Assembly (NCBI GenBank): GCA_001823545.1
Contig: MHUV01000003.1
Span: 86,398-150,397 of the forward strand
DNA length: 64,000 nucleotides
Direction: 5' to 3'
Origin: Candidatus Yonathbacteria bacterium RIFCSPLOWO2_01_FULL_43_27
GTDB lineage: Bacteria > Patescibacteriota > Minisyncoccia > Phycocordibacterales > UBA1550
A program made the position numbers and the translations under genes. This document shows, in pieces, positions 38,330 to 48,038 of this stretch; within the stretch, counting starts at the first letter, position 1, and the number at the start of each line of letters is the position of its first letter. The notes below the pieces were generated by a model. That model worked only from the letters and a program-made list of their open reading frames with translations. It made no database searches and was not told the origin of the DNA.

Positions 38330-39565
38330 ATGACATTCCGTCACAGCGTACAAACAGCGTTTAAAGGACTAGAGGCGAATAAATCTCGTTCTTTGCTTAC
38401 TATTCTTGGAATCGTTATTGGAGTCACCGCAATCATCCTCGTCATGGCACTCGGCGAAGGTGCACAAAACCTTATTTTGAACCAAGTGCAAGGAATGGGC
38501 GCGCGCACGATTGCGGTCGGCGCGGGGCGAGAACCCACAGGACCATCTGACGCAGGACAAATTTTTAGCGATTCTCTCAAAAAACGTGACCTCGACCTCC
38601 TCAGTAGAAAAGAAAATGTTCCTGACATCGACCAAATTGTGCCACTAGTATTTGGTTCCGCAAGTGCCTCACACGAGAACGAAACATATGGCCTCACGAT
38701 ATTTGGAGCTTCTTCCGCACTCGAAATAATTTTTGATATGCCATTAGAAGAGGGTGTGTTTTTTGACGAGGAAGACGTTCGCGCACGCGCAAAAAATGCT
38801 GTTATTGGCTCAAAAGTAAAAACGGAACTTTTTGGCGCAGGCGAAGCTCTTGGAGAAACAATAAAATTAAAGGGAAACAATTTTAGGGTAATTGGTATTC
38901 TCGAAGAACGCGGGCAAGATCTTTTTAACTTTGATGAAGCAGCCATTATCCCCTACACTACCGCGCAAGATTATGTTTTAGGAATTAAACACTTTAACCG
39001 CTTTATCGCTCAGGCAACCACCGAGCAAGTTATTAATCAGGCAGCTGAGGAAATCAGACAAACCCTTCGTGAATCACACGAAATTAATGATCCAAACAAG
39101 GACGATTTCTTTGTAACCACACAGGTTGACCTTGCAGCGCGTCTCTCCTCTATTACCGCGGTACTCACTATTTTTCTTACTGCCGTCGCCGCAATCTCTC
39201 TCATTGTAGGAGGTATTGGTATTATGAATATTATGCTTGTTTCGGTAACCGAACGCACCAAAGAAATAGGTCTTCGCAAAGCACTTGGTGCAACATATAA
39301 AAACATTCTGACACAATTTCTTCTTGAGGCCGTGATGCTAACGGGCGTGGGAGGAATTATGGGTATTTTAATTGGTCTCGGACTTTCATTTATCACGTCA
39401 GTTATCCTGACACAATACCTTAATCTTGCATGGCCGTTCTCTGTCCCCGTACCTGCTATTATTCTTGGCCTTGGCGTCTCTGGACTCATAGGACTTGTCT
39501 TTGGACTCTACCCAGCACGTACGGCAGCACGCAAAAGCCCTATCGAAGCACTTCGCTACGAATAA
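38330..39565 (+). CDS. ABC transporter permease, MacB/FtsX family
   Basis: MacB_PCD-like periplasmic domain plus C-terminal FtsX 4-TM bundle (ISLIVGGIGIMNIMLVSVTERTKEIGLRKALGA). Confidence 0.85.
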   Translation: MTFRHSVQTAFKGLEANKSRSLLTILGIVIGVTAIILVMALGEGAQNLILNQVQGMGARTIAVGAGREPTGPSDAGQIFSDSLKKRDLDLLSRKENVPDIDQIVPLVFGSASASHENETYGLTIFGASSALEIIFDMPLEEGVFFDEEDVRARAKNAVIGSKVKTELFGAGEALGETIKLKGNNFRVIGILEERGQDLFNFDEAAIIPYTTAQDYVLGIKHFNRFIAQATTEQVINQAAEEIRQTLRESHEINDPNKDDFFVTTQVDLAARLSSITAVLTIFLTAVAAISLIVGGIGIMNIMLVSVTERTKEIGLRKALGATYKNILTQFLLEAVMLTGVGGIMGILIGLGLSFITSVILTQYLNLAWPFSVPVPAIILGLGVSGLIGLVFGLYPARTAARKSPIEALRYE

Positions 39566-39620
39566 CGTGGTTATCACGTATTTAAAAATTTCATTTTTCT
39601 AGTATACTAATACTATTAAT

Positions 39621-40922
39621 ATGAAGTTTGAATTGAAAAAAATATTTTCTCCATCGGTATTCTTGATGAGTCGTTTTCGCTATCCACAAAAATTCCTCAT
39701 TATTAGTATTCTTTTTGCGATCCCTATTGCGCTTGGAGCATATTTTTTCGTAACCAAAATCAACGAGGAAATTAAAACAATTCATTTCGAACAAAATGGG
39801 CTTAAGTATATCACCCCTACACAGAAGCTCCTCAAAGATGTTCAGCAGCATCGAGGACTCACCAGCATATATCTTGGAGGTAATACCGCCATCGCTCAAT
39901 CACTTACCTCAAAAGGAGACGAGGTCGAGCAAGATTTCTTGGAACTTGAGCGTGTAGACGCCGAGGTGGGGAGTCTTCTCCGAATAAAATCTGAACCCTC
40001 ACGTATACGTGACATGAAGAACGAATGGAATGAGATTGAACAAGCTTTCGACAAAGGTACTCTTACTCTCGAAACAAGTTTTAGAACTCATACCAACCTT
40101 CGACAAAACATCATTTTTTTCATGGATGATATCGCAGATAAATCTGACCTCGGGCTCGAACGTCACCTCGATACCTCATACTTGATCGAAATATTCATAA
40201 ATCGTATTCCTGTTATTAGCGAGAGTATGGCACAGTTGCGAGTATCAGGACTTATGCTCCCCGCAGGCAAATCGCTTTCCTCAGGAGAAAAACAGATATT
40301 TATTTCACTTTCCAATACCGCAAATTCATATCTTCAAAAAACAAACCGCCAGATGAATGCTGTATTCCAAGAGAACCCTGCTCTTCAGAGTGATCTTGAA
40401 ACTGTTCTTAATGAAATGACCGAGGCAACTGAAACACTTTTGCAGACTATTGATGAAAAAATTATTCAAGCCGATGTAAACACCATCGAACAAGACGCGT
40501 TTTATGTTTCAACTACACACTTTATTGATAAAGTATTTGATTTTTACACAAAAGCAGTACCTGTTCTCGATAGACACCTCAAAGAACACGTTGATGAACT
40601 TGAAAGACAACGAAATATTCTCTTTTTTGCAGTAGGTATTTCACTCTTTCTGGTTATATATCTCTTTATAGGGTTTTACCTTGGGGTTAAAATGACTATT
40701 GATAACCTAAGGAACGCAACGGGGAGAATGTTGAAGGGAGATAATGAAGATGGTGTTTCGCTCAACACAATGGATGAATTTGGAGAAATTGCAAACGCCT
40801 TCAATATCATCATCAATGCGCTTATCGTTTCAAACAGCAACCTCAAGGACAACCTCGCAAAAAAGGAAGCGATGGAAAAAGTATTTAATGAACAGAAAGA
40901 AAAACTTAAGAATAACAGTTAA
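39621..40922 (+). CDS. Membrane sensor protein. It has a NIT/PilJ-like extracytoplasmic sensing domain plus HAMP domain and no recognisable output domain.
   Basis: TM1 (FLIISILFAIPIALGAYFFV). LQ-x-ERG-like motif (VQQHRGLTSIYLGG) as in nitrate/nitrite-sensing and PilJ-type domains. TM2 (ILFFAVGISLFLVIYLFIGFYLG) followed by HAMP (TIDNLRNATGRMLKGDNEDGVSLNTMDEFGEIANAFNII). It then ends in a short coiled coil. Confidence 0.5.
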   Translation: MKFELKKIFSPSVFLMSRFRYPQKFLIISILFAIPIALGAYFFVTKINEEIKTIHFEQNGLKYITPTQKLLKDVQQHRGLTSIYLGGNTAIAQSLTSKGDEVEQDFLELERVDAEVGSLLRIKSEPSRIRDMKNEWNEIEQAFDKGTLTLETSFRTHTNLRQNIIFFMDDIADKSDLGLERHLDTSYLIEIFINRIPVISESMAQLRVSGLMLPAGKSLSSGEKQIFISLSNTANSYLQKTNRQMNAVFQENPALQSDLETVLNEMTEATETLLQTIDEKIIQADVNTIEQDAFYVSTTHFIDKVFDFYTKAVPVLDRHLKEHVDELERQRNILFFAVGISLFLVIYLFIGFYLGVKMTIDNLRNATGRMLKGDNEDGVSLNTMDEFGEIANAFNIIINALIVSNSNLKDNLAKKEAMEKVFNEQKEKLKNNS

Positions 40923-41056
40923 TTCATTCATTTTTTAAAAAGGCTAATATCGACTTTTTAGTACTATGTTTTGTTTACCAATATGATAAACTATGTACAT
41001 AAAAAGATAGAGGGTAAAGATTTACAGGAATAAATAAAGACAATATACCGTATTTT

Positions 41057-42712
41057 ATGAACAACCCAATTACTGAAATAAAGGATGCTCTTCGCCCTCA
41101 CTTTAAAGGTGAACTCCTTGAAGACGACGCGTCTTGCGCAGCGTGTGCCAACGATGCAAGTATTTTCGAAGTTACCCCTCTTCTCGTGGCGCGTCCACGA
41201 GACGTAGACGATATTAAAAATATTGTGCGCTTTGTTTCAGAACACAACAAAAAGAACCCTGCCCTCTCTATTACTCCCCGTGCTGCAGGTACCGGAATGG
41301 CAGGAGGCGCACTCACACCTTCTATTGTCCTTGAAGTCAAAAACCTTAATACCATTAAAGAAGTCACTGACACGTACGCGGTTACCGAGCCAGGAGTATT
41401 TTATCGCGACCTCGAACGCGCAACGCTTGAGCGAAATCGAATTATGCCTTCGTACCCAGCTTCAAAACAGCTTTGTGCAGTCGGTGGTATGGTCGGGACC
41501 AATGCCTCAGGAGAAAAAACGCTTAACTATGGATCGACTGATCGCTATGTCCAAAAACTAAAGGTGGTGCTCGCTGATGGAAACGAATATTCTTTTGGAC
41601 CACTTACCAAAAACGAGCTTGACGAAAAAACAAAACTCACTACGTTTGAAGGCGAAGTGTATCGTAAAATGTATGACCTTATTGAGAAAAATTATGAAAT
41701 CATCAAAAGCGCAAAACCACGCGTATCAAAAAATTGTGCCGGTTATTCACTATGGAATGTATGGGACCGTACGACGTTTGACCTCACAAAATTGTTCACC
41801 GGCTCAGAGGGAACACTTGGTATTACCACCGAAATAACCTTCAAGCTCGTTGAACCAAAACCTCAAACAAAACTTCTTGTCATTTTTATACGTGACCTTG
41901 AAAAGCTTCCTGAGGTTGTGGGGGCCGTTCTCAACCACAAACCAGAAACATTTGAATCCTATGATGACAATACGTTGAAATTTGCCATTCGCTTTTTCCC
42001 TGATATTATGCGCTCACTTAAAGCGCGTGGGTTCTTTAAGCTTGCAATCAATTTTATTCCTGAATTCTTTATGGCACTTACGGGCGGTATCCCAAAGCTC
42101 GTACTCCTTGCTGAATTTACCGGAACTGAAGAGGGAGAGGTGCTCGCTCGTGCCGAAACGGCGCGAAGAGATATTTCCTCTCTCGGACTTAAAACCTATA
42201 TTGCTGTTAACAAAGAAGACGCCGAGAAATATTGGACTATTCGCCACGAAAGTTTCAATCTCTTGCGCCATCATGGCGGTAAAAAACGTACCGCACCTTT
42301 TATTGAAGACATTGTCGTTGCCCCTTCTCATTTACCAGAGTTCCTCCCACGTCTTACAAAACTTCTCAATGAGCATAAACTTGTATACACCGTTGCGGGA
42401 CACATTGGTGACGGCAATCTCCATATTATCCCTCTCATGGACCTCCGCAAAACCGCCGAACGTGATATGATTTTAGAGCTTTCAAAAAAGGTATTTGCTC
42501 TTGTTCTTGAATATGGTGGTTCAATATCAGGAGAACACAACGACGGGCTTATCCGTACACCATTCCTTAAGCAAATGTATGGTGAGGCAATTTATAAGCT
42601 CTTTGAAGAAACAAAGAATATTTTTGATCCACAACATATTTTTAACCCTGGTAAAAAAGTGTTTGGTAACAGTATTGAATTCGTCAAAGAACATATCGAC
42701 AAGGTATACTAA
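41057..42712 (+). CDS. FAD-linked oxidase (PCMH-type FAD-binding domain; GlcD / D-lactate dehydrogenase-like)
   Basis: FAD-binding motifs PRAAGTGMAGGA and NASGEKTLNYGSTDRYV. C-terminal FAD-oxidase domain (HIGDGNLH). Confidence 0.75.
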   Translation: MNNPITEIKDALRPHFKGELLEDDASCAACANDASIFEVTPLLVARPRDVDDIKNIVRFVSEHNKKNPALSITPRAAGTGMAGGALTPSIVLEVKNLNTIKEVTDTYAVTEPGVFYRDLERATLERNRIMPSYPASKQLCAVGGMVGTNASGEKTLNYGSTDRYVQKLKVVLADGNEYSFGPLTKNELDEKTKLTTFEGEVYRKMYDLIEKNYEIIKSAKPRVSKNCAGYSLWNVWDRTTFDLTKLFTGSEGTLGITTEITFKLVEPKPQTKLLVIFIRDLEKLPEVVGAVLNHKPETFESYDDNTLKFAIRFFPDIMRSLKARGFFKLAINFIPEFFMALTGGIPKLVLLAEFTGTEEGEVLARAETARRDISSLGLKTYIAVNKEDAEKYWTIRHESFNLLRHHGGKKRTAPFIEDIVVAPSHLPEFLPRLTKLLNEHKLVYTVAGHIGDGNLHIIPLMDLRKTAERDMILELSKKVFALVLEYGGSISGEHNDGLIRTPFLKQMYGEAIYKLFEETKNIFDPQHIFNPGKKVFGNSIEFVKEHIDKVY

Positions 42713-42724
42713 CAACACCAGTTA

Positions 42725-42767
42725 CCTTCAACAAAAAAACCGCACAGTGCGGTTTTTTTGTTGAAGG
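42725..42767. terminator. 43-bp perfect palindrome acting as a bidirectional intrinsic terminator
   Basis: CCTTCAACAAAAAAACCGCAC-A-GTGCGGTTTTTTTGTTGAAGG lies between convergent genes. Confidence 0.7.
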
Positions 42768-42776
42768 TAACATTAT

Positions 42777-43385
42777 CTACACACCACATTCCGTACACAC
42801 ATTTGCATTTTGAGATGGTGGCACTCGTTTTGCGCTTCCTAAGAGATTTGAACCTTTTTGTTGCATTTCAAAACCTACACGTGCATGAGGAGACAAGAGC
42901 GCCACCACGACTGCATAAATTAACTCAGCTGCTCCTGCCAAGGAGAATACAAGGATAATCATCCATCCCGCACTGAAGATGCCAGTAATCGCTGTATAGT
43001 AAAGTACGATTGTTCCTAACGCAACCCATACCCCTACGCACCACGGGCACCCTAAAATATCTGAAATAAGCCTCCTGAGTCCTTTTAAATATTTCTCTTG
43101 CCTTACAAAAACTGCACCAGTCAAAGGATCGTTGATTGAGACTTTTTTCATACAAAGATCACGGAGCCATTCCGTAATATGATCTGCAACAAAGAGTCTC
43201 GTTAAGCGAAATGTGGTCAACGAAATAAGCAAAAAATGAAACGGCGAAATTTCTGAGATCACCTGCATTGCTTCTACTCCAGCTATTGTTACTATTTTTA
43301 TTATTACCACCATAAAAACAATGATCGCAATAATGTTCCAAAAGTAAAGACTATCTCGTGTTGTTTTTAATTCTAAGGTATCCAT
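42777..43385 (-). CDS. Integral membrane protein with a CPWC motif (DUF1360-like, tentative)
   Basis: Four or more TM segments. GCPWCVGVWVA motif. It lies immediately downstream of nirK on the same strand. Confidence 0.4.
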   Translation of the reverse strand: MDTLELKTTRDSLYFWNIIAIIVFMVVIIKIVTIAGVEAMQVISEISPFHFLLISLTTFRLTRLFVADHITEWLRDLCMKKVSINDPLTGAVFVRQEKYLKGLRRLISDILGCPWCVGVWVALGTIVLYYTAITGIFSAGWMIILVFSLAGAAELIYAVVVALLSPHARVGFEMQQKGSNLLGSAKRVPPSQNANVCTECGV

Positions 43386-43406
43386 AGAGAACTATTTTAA
43401 TGATGT

Positions 43407-44669
43407 TTAGTATCCGTGATGATTCATCGTCGGCATTATTCCTGCAGTCGTTGTGTTGCTTTTTATTTCCGAAAAGATCTCAGGATTCTCGTCACCTTTT
43501 ACGATTGCGGTTGCCCACGCACCCTTATTCATTCGTGCAAGAGCGTGATCAACAAGCACAAGTTTACCAGGGACCTCTGCAACAAACTCAACAACCGCTG
43601 CCCCTCCTGCAGGAATAATCGTTGTTTGAACATTTTTAAAGAGCGCGGAGTTTTTACCCATTGCACCTTCTGGATATACCGTATCAAAAATTTCACCGAT
43701 AATATGGAATGAGGAGACAAGATTTACACCACCATTTCCAACATACATACGGACGCGTTCACCACGATTAATTTCCATACCAGTTTCTTTTTCGATACGC
43801 CCATTGAACGTAACGTACGTTGGATTACCGTCAATAAGTTTCTTTGCGTCAAAAACGGTCATTCCTTGGCGCCCTATGTCACCCTGCGTATAAAGCTCTC
43901 CCTGCATCACATAAAATTCTTTATCAACCTTTGGCAACCCCTCTTCAGGTTCTACGAGGATGAGACCGTACTGCCCGTGAGAGCTGTGAGTGCTAACATT
44001 TGCCGTTGCACAGTGATACACGTAGATCCCCGGCTGAACTGCTTTCCATTTAAAGCTTTTTGTTTCGCCGGGAACAACATTCGTAAGGGTCGCGCCACCA
44101 CCAGGACCATTAACTGAATGTAAGTCAATGTTATGAGTATGAAGACTTGTTATGTCGTTCGTGAGATTGATGACCACCGTATCACCAGTTCGTACGCGAA
44201 GCATCGGTCCAGGAACCTGCTTGTTGTAGGTCCAGAAGTTGAAGTATATATTAGGTGCTATCTCAGAAATTACTTCAGTAGCCGTTAAGTTAAATTCGAC
44301 AGTTTCTGAGGTTGTGCGTGTAATAGGTGGTGGGACCGCATTATAGTCGGCCCCAATGTCCTCGATACGTGGGAAATTTGGTTCGCTCGCGAAAAACTTC
44401 GAAATATTTGCAAGTGGTAAATACGGTGCGAGACCACCAGGTGCCATCGTGTGCATAAATGGTGGCATTGCAAAATCAGGAGCATACGTTTTATACGAAT
44501 ACGTACCAAAGAATATGGCTCCAATGAGTACTAAAACAGAAATGATGATCGCTGGTCTCAGGAATATTTCCTTAAACGTAACATTCCTTACTAAAAAAAA
44601 TGCGAGGGCGAGAAGTGATATACCCCCTACAAACCACGAAAGTACATAATAAATTGTGTAGTCGTACAT
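43407..44669 (-). CDS. nirK: Copper-containing nitrite reductase (NirK)-like two-domain multicopper oxidase with an N-terminal TM anchor
   Basis: Cupredoxin copper-ligand motifs HTHNIDLH, YVYHCA...H and C-terminal HIIGEIFD. The two-domain size (420 aa) fits NirK. Confidence 0.65.
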   Translation of the reverse strand: MYDYTIYYVLSWFVGGISLLALAFFLVRNVTFKEIFLRPAIIISVLVLIGAIFFGTYSYKTYAPDFAMPPFMHTMAPGGLAPYLPLANISKFFASEPNFPRIEDIGADYNAVPPPITRTTSETVEFNLTATEVISEIAPNIYFNFWTYNKQVPGPMLRVRTGDTVVINLTNDITSLHTHNIDLHSVNGPGGGATLTNVVPGETKSFKWKAVQPGIYVYHCATANVSTHSSHGQYGLILVEPEEGLPKVDKEFYVMQGELYTQGDIGRQGMTVFDAKKLIDGNPTYVTFNGRIEKETGMEINRGERVRMYVGNGGVNLVSSFHIIGEIFDTVYPEGAMGKNSALFKNVQTTIIPAGGAAVVEFVAEVPGKLVLVDHALARMNKGAWATAIVKGDENPEIFSEIKSNTTTAGIMPTMNHHGY

Positions 44670-44784
44670 AAAAAATTTGCTATTAGATTATTATTGTTTG
44701 CTTTGTTCTTTTATATTTTATCACGAAAAAATAAACTATCACAAGAAAAGTTGTCCACACAAAAAAAATAAATATTGGTACTGC

Positions 44785-44812
44785 TTTTTATGAGCGACGT
44801 AGGGCGAGTGAA
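44785..44812. repeat. 28-nt conserved intergenic motif, copy B (tttttatgagcgacgtagggcgagtgaa)
   Basis: Matches 25 of 28 nt with copy A at 18793..18820. Both copies are on the same strand between minus-strand genes. Confidence 0.5.
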
Positions 44813-44841
44813 CTACCTCAAGACTTTACCCCGAGGATCTT

Positions 44842-45639
44842 TTATTTTTTTGAAACTGCCAAACTGAGCAAGAAAATAACAAGCGCGACGAGCACAATAG
44901 CTCCCCCTGAAGCGAGATTGAAATAATATGACGTAAAAAGTCCTATTAAAACAGAGAGTAGAGAAAAAATAACCGAGAGGATCAGTGTGGCACGAAACCC
45001 GCGACCATATTGTACTGCAGAGATAACTGGAATTACCATAAGCGCACCAATGAGGAGTACCCCAACGATACGAATAGAAAGTGCAACCGTGATGGCAGCG
45101 AGTAATACAATCGTAAAATTAAGGCGTCGTACAGGAAGTCCACTCGCTTGCGCAAGCTCTTCATCGAACGATACAAAAAACAATTCCTTATACAAAAGGA
45201 CAACGTTCAGAAACACCATAACCGCAAGCGCAACGATTATCCACACGTCGGTTTGTGAGACCGTTGAAATACTTCCAAAGAGATACCCAAACAGACTAGC
45301 ATTAAACCCTTTTGCAAGAGAAAGGATTACAACCGCAAGCGCAAGTGACCCTGACAGGAAGAGCGCGAGCACTGACTCACTAAATACGCGACGCGAAGCG
45401 CGCAACTGCTCTATACCAAGAGAAGCTACGACAGATAAAATGATTGCCGAGAGCACGGGGTTAATACGAAAAAGAAGTCCAATTGCCACCCCTGCAAGCG
45501 ACGTATGTGCGAGGGTGTCCGCGAGCAAGGAATATCTACGCACAACAAGAAACATACCAATAAGTGGTGCGATAACTGCAATCGCAATTCCTGCTTCAAA
45601 CGCACGCACCATAAAACTATATTGAAAAATATCAAGCAT
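44842..45639 (-). CDS. Metal (Zn/Mn) ABC transporter permease, ABC-3/ZnuB family
   Basis: Polytopic, 265 aa, characteristic ABC-3 family hydrophobic pattern. It is adjacent to a cognate ATPase and a TroA-type binding protein. Confidence 0.8.
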   Translation of the reverse strand: MLDIFQYSFMVRAFEAGIAIAVIAPLIGMFLVVRRYSLLADTLAHTSLAGVAIGLLFRINPVLSAIILSVVASLGIEQLRASRRVFSESVLALFLSGSLALAVVILSLAKGFNASLFGYLFGSISTVSQTDVWIIVALAVMVFLNVVLLYKELFFVSFDEELAQASGLPVRRLNFTIVLLAAITVALSIRIVGVLLIGALMVIPVISAVQYGRGFRATLILSVIFSLLSVLIGLFTSYYFNLASGGAIVLVALVIFLLSLAVSKK

Positions 45640-45648
45640 AAAAATGTA

Positions 45649-46452
45649 TTAGTGTGTATGAGCACGTTTCCCCTGTCCCCCGTACAATCGCTCGAGGGTA
45701 TGGTCAGACAAGAGATCCTTGGACGTACCGTGGCACACCAAATTATGGTTGAGACACAGCACGGTTCCTGTCTCCTGCGACACCATATCTACATCGTGAG
45801 ACACAAACACAATAGTAAGGTTGTGATCACGATTAAGTGACGCGAGGAATTCATAGAACTTCTTTTGTGCACCGATGTCTACTCCCACTGTAGGCTCATC
45901 GAGCACCAGCACATCTGGTTCACTTGCTAAAGCACGTGCAATAAAAACACGTTGTCGCTCACCTCCTGAGAGCTTGCTTATGAGCGTGTTTTTATATTTC
46001 TCAATACCCGAAACCTCCATCGCACGCTGAACCGCCTCAATATCTTTTTTAGTAAACCCAAGAAAAAAGCCGAGGCGTGGGACACGACCGCTTTTCACTA
46101 CTTCAAATACCGTCGCAGGGAATCCTCGCTCTGCTCGAGTAACACGCTGAGGAACATACCCAATACGATATTGTTCCTTAAAATCATGACGATCCTTTCC
46201 AAAAAGCTTCACCGTGCCATCCGTCTGATGAAGAAGTCCTAATATAATTTTCAACAGTGTTGTCTTCCCTCCTCCATTAGGCCCAATGATGCCGAGGTAC
46301 TCCCCTTTCCTTACCGTAAAAGAAAGGTTTTCAAGAACAGGAGTTTCGTCATATTTAAAACTCACGTTATCTAGTTCGATGTATGGTTCTGGAAGGTTCA
46401 TAGTATATAAATGCGTGTTGATAGTATCAATAGTGATAATTACCCCTGACAA
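45649..46452 (-). CDS. Metal ABC transporter ATP-binding protein (ZnuC-like)
   Basis: Walker A GPNGGGKTT, signature LSGGERQRVFIARAL, Walker B LVLDEPT. Confidence 0.85.
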   Translation of the reverse strand: MSGVIITIDTINTHLYTMNLPEPYIELDNVSFKYDETPVLENLSFTVRKGEYLGIIGPNGGGKTTLLKIILGLLHQTDGTVKLFGKDRHDFKEQYRIGYVPQRVTRAERGFPATVFEVVKSGRVPRLGFFLGFTKKDIEAVQRAMEVSGIEKYKNTLISKLSGGERQRVFIARALASEPDVLVLDEPTVGVDIGAQKKFYEFLASLNRDHNLTIVFVSHDVDMVSQETGTVLCLNHNLVCHGTSKDLLSDHTLERLYGGQGKRAHTH

Positions 46453-47381
46453 CCGAGCGCAATACGCAAATTAATGAGATTTTTCTCCATAAGAGAACGA
46501 TAATCCTCCCCTGATTGTACCTCATGTGGGGTAAGGTTTTCAATAGGATTTAACACAAGAACTCCTCCACTGATTTCCCGTGCGATGGTCTCTGCAAGTT
46601 TTGGACTTACCGTCGTCTCAAAAAAAACATATTTCACCTTCTTTTCTTTTGCAAGATCGATAATGCGCATTAATTCTTTTGCGGAAGGTTCTTCGTCTGG
46701 CGAGATTCCTGCAATAGAAGTCATTTTTAGCCCATACTGCCGTGCAAGATATCCAAACGCTTCGTGCGAGACGACAATATCACGAAGTACACACGAGGCA
46801 AGACCTTCATCGAAACGTTTATCGAGAAGCGTAATTTCTTGCAGTGCGCGCTCAGCATTTTCTGTATAGAATCCCTGATTGCTTGGATCAACCTCTATGA
46901 GCATATTTTTAATAACCTCAATTTCCTTTTGGACAATATGTGGGTCAAGCCAAATATGAGGATCGAATTTCCCGTTATTCACCATAAGCTCTACACCACG
47001 GGAAGTAAGCTCACTCGTCATATTGAGCGTTTTCTTTGGACGAGGGAATTCCCCACTCGCCCATCGTTCAACCCACGGTTCAAACGAAGCACCATTGTAC
47101 ACAAAAAAATCAGCAGTGCCCAACAGCACGAGGTCGCGCGGAAGTGGCTCAAAATCATGTGGCTCTGATCCTGAAGGAGTAAAGTTATGTACCGTAACGA
47201 GATCGCCTCCTACTGCCTCAACAAAATATTGAAGAGGGTAAAAACTCGTAACTACCGAAATTTTATTTTTATCAAGTTTTTTTGACGATTGGTCTCCTAC
47301 AATAAAAAATGTGCTTGCAATAAGTGCGCCAAAAACAATAATAAACACCGTAAATTTTTTATTAACCATAAATGTATGCAC
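46440..47381 (-). CDS. Metal ABC transporter substrate-binding protein, TroA/ZnuA family
   Basis: Signal/TM, then VVTSFYPLQYFVEAVGGD...H-D-FEP and H-E-AFGYL metal-ligand regions. Confidence 0.75.
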   Translation of the reverse strand: MHTFMVNKKFTVFIIVFGALIASTFFIVGDQSSKKLDKNKISVVTSFYPLQYFVEAVGGDLVTVHNFTPSGSEPHDFEPLPRDLVLLGTADFFVYNGASFEPWVERWASGEFPRPKKTLNMTSELTSRGVELMVNNGKFDPHIWLDPHIVQKEIEVIKNMLIEVDPSNQGFYTENAERALQEITLLDKRFDEGLASCVLRDIVVSHEAFGYLARQYGLKMTSIAGISPDEEPSAKELMRIIDLAKEKKVKYVFFETTVSPKLAETIAREISGGVLVLNPIENLTPHEVQSGEDYRSLMEKNLINLRIALGCQG

Positions 47382-47387
47382 AGTATA

Positions 47388-47954
47388 CTATGAGGTAATA
47401 GTTTCCAGAAGAGATTCTCTCCCCATCTTGGTTCGCGCCGAGTAAGGGAAAATCTTTGTAGCGAGCGTTGCCTCAATATTTTTAAGATTGTGTGCGCGCT
47501 CTGTTTGGTTGAGACGATCAACTTTATTTGCCACAACGACAAAAGGGTGTCCTTCTCTACGAAGAATATCAACCATCTCCTTATCATACGCTGAAGGTTT
47601 GATGCATGCGTCCACAACGAGCACGACGAAACGTGGGTGCACTTCACCACCCGAAAGATACCACAAGATAAGTTTGCGAAGTTTTTCACCCCCCTGCGCT
47701 CCCATAAGGGCATATCCATACCCGGGAAGGTCCACAAAGTAGAACTTTTTATTAATCAAAAAGTAGTTAATTTCTTTTGTTTTGCCCGGGGTAGCACTTG
47801 ATTTTACCAAATCCTTGCGGAGTACAAGCGAATTGATAACGCTCGATTTACCCACATTTGACCTTCCCACAAAGGCTATATGGGGAATTTGGTCGTTCAA
47901 AATAGGGTCCGTTCCAATAATACCCTTTATAAATTCTGCGCTTTTTATCTCCAT
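47388..47954 (-). CDS. engB: Ribosome biogenesis GTPase EngB/YsxC
   Basis: G1 GRSNVGKSS, G3 DLPGYGY, G4 NKVD. Confidence 0.8.
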   Translation of the reverse strand: MEIKSAEFIKGIIGTDPILNDQIPHIAFVGRSNVGKSSVINSLVLRKDLVKSSATPGKTKEINYFLINKKFYFVDLPGYGYALMGAQGGEKLRKLILWYLSGGEVHPRFVVLVVDACIKPSAYDKEMVDILRREGHPFVVVANKVDRLNQTERAHNLKNIEATLATKIFPYSARTKMGRESLLETITS

Positions 47955-48038
47955 ACCTCTATTCAAGCACAAATTAGGATAATATAAAATGCACGTGATA
48001 TAATATCAGTACTTACTGGTTAATTACATAAATTATAC

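Noticed and set aside
44780-44841. Rho-independent terminator after the ABC permease gene (cctcgg...ttgagg plus T-run)
   Set aside because: The stem is only 4-5 bp with a wobble. It is too weak to call. The T-run is on the opposite strand relative to the gene.
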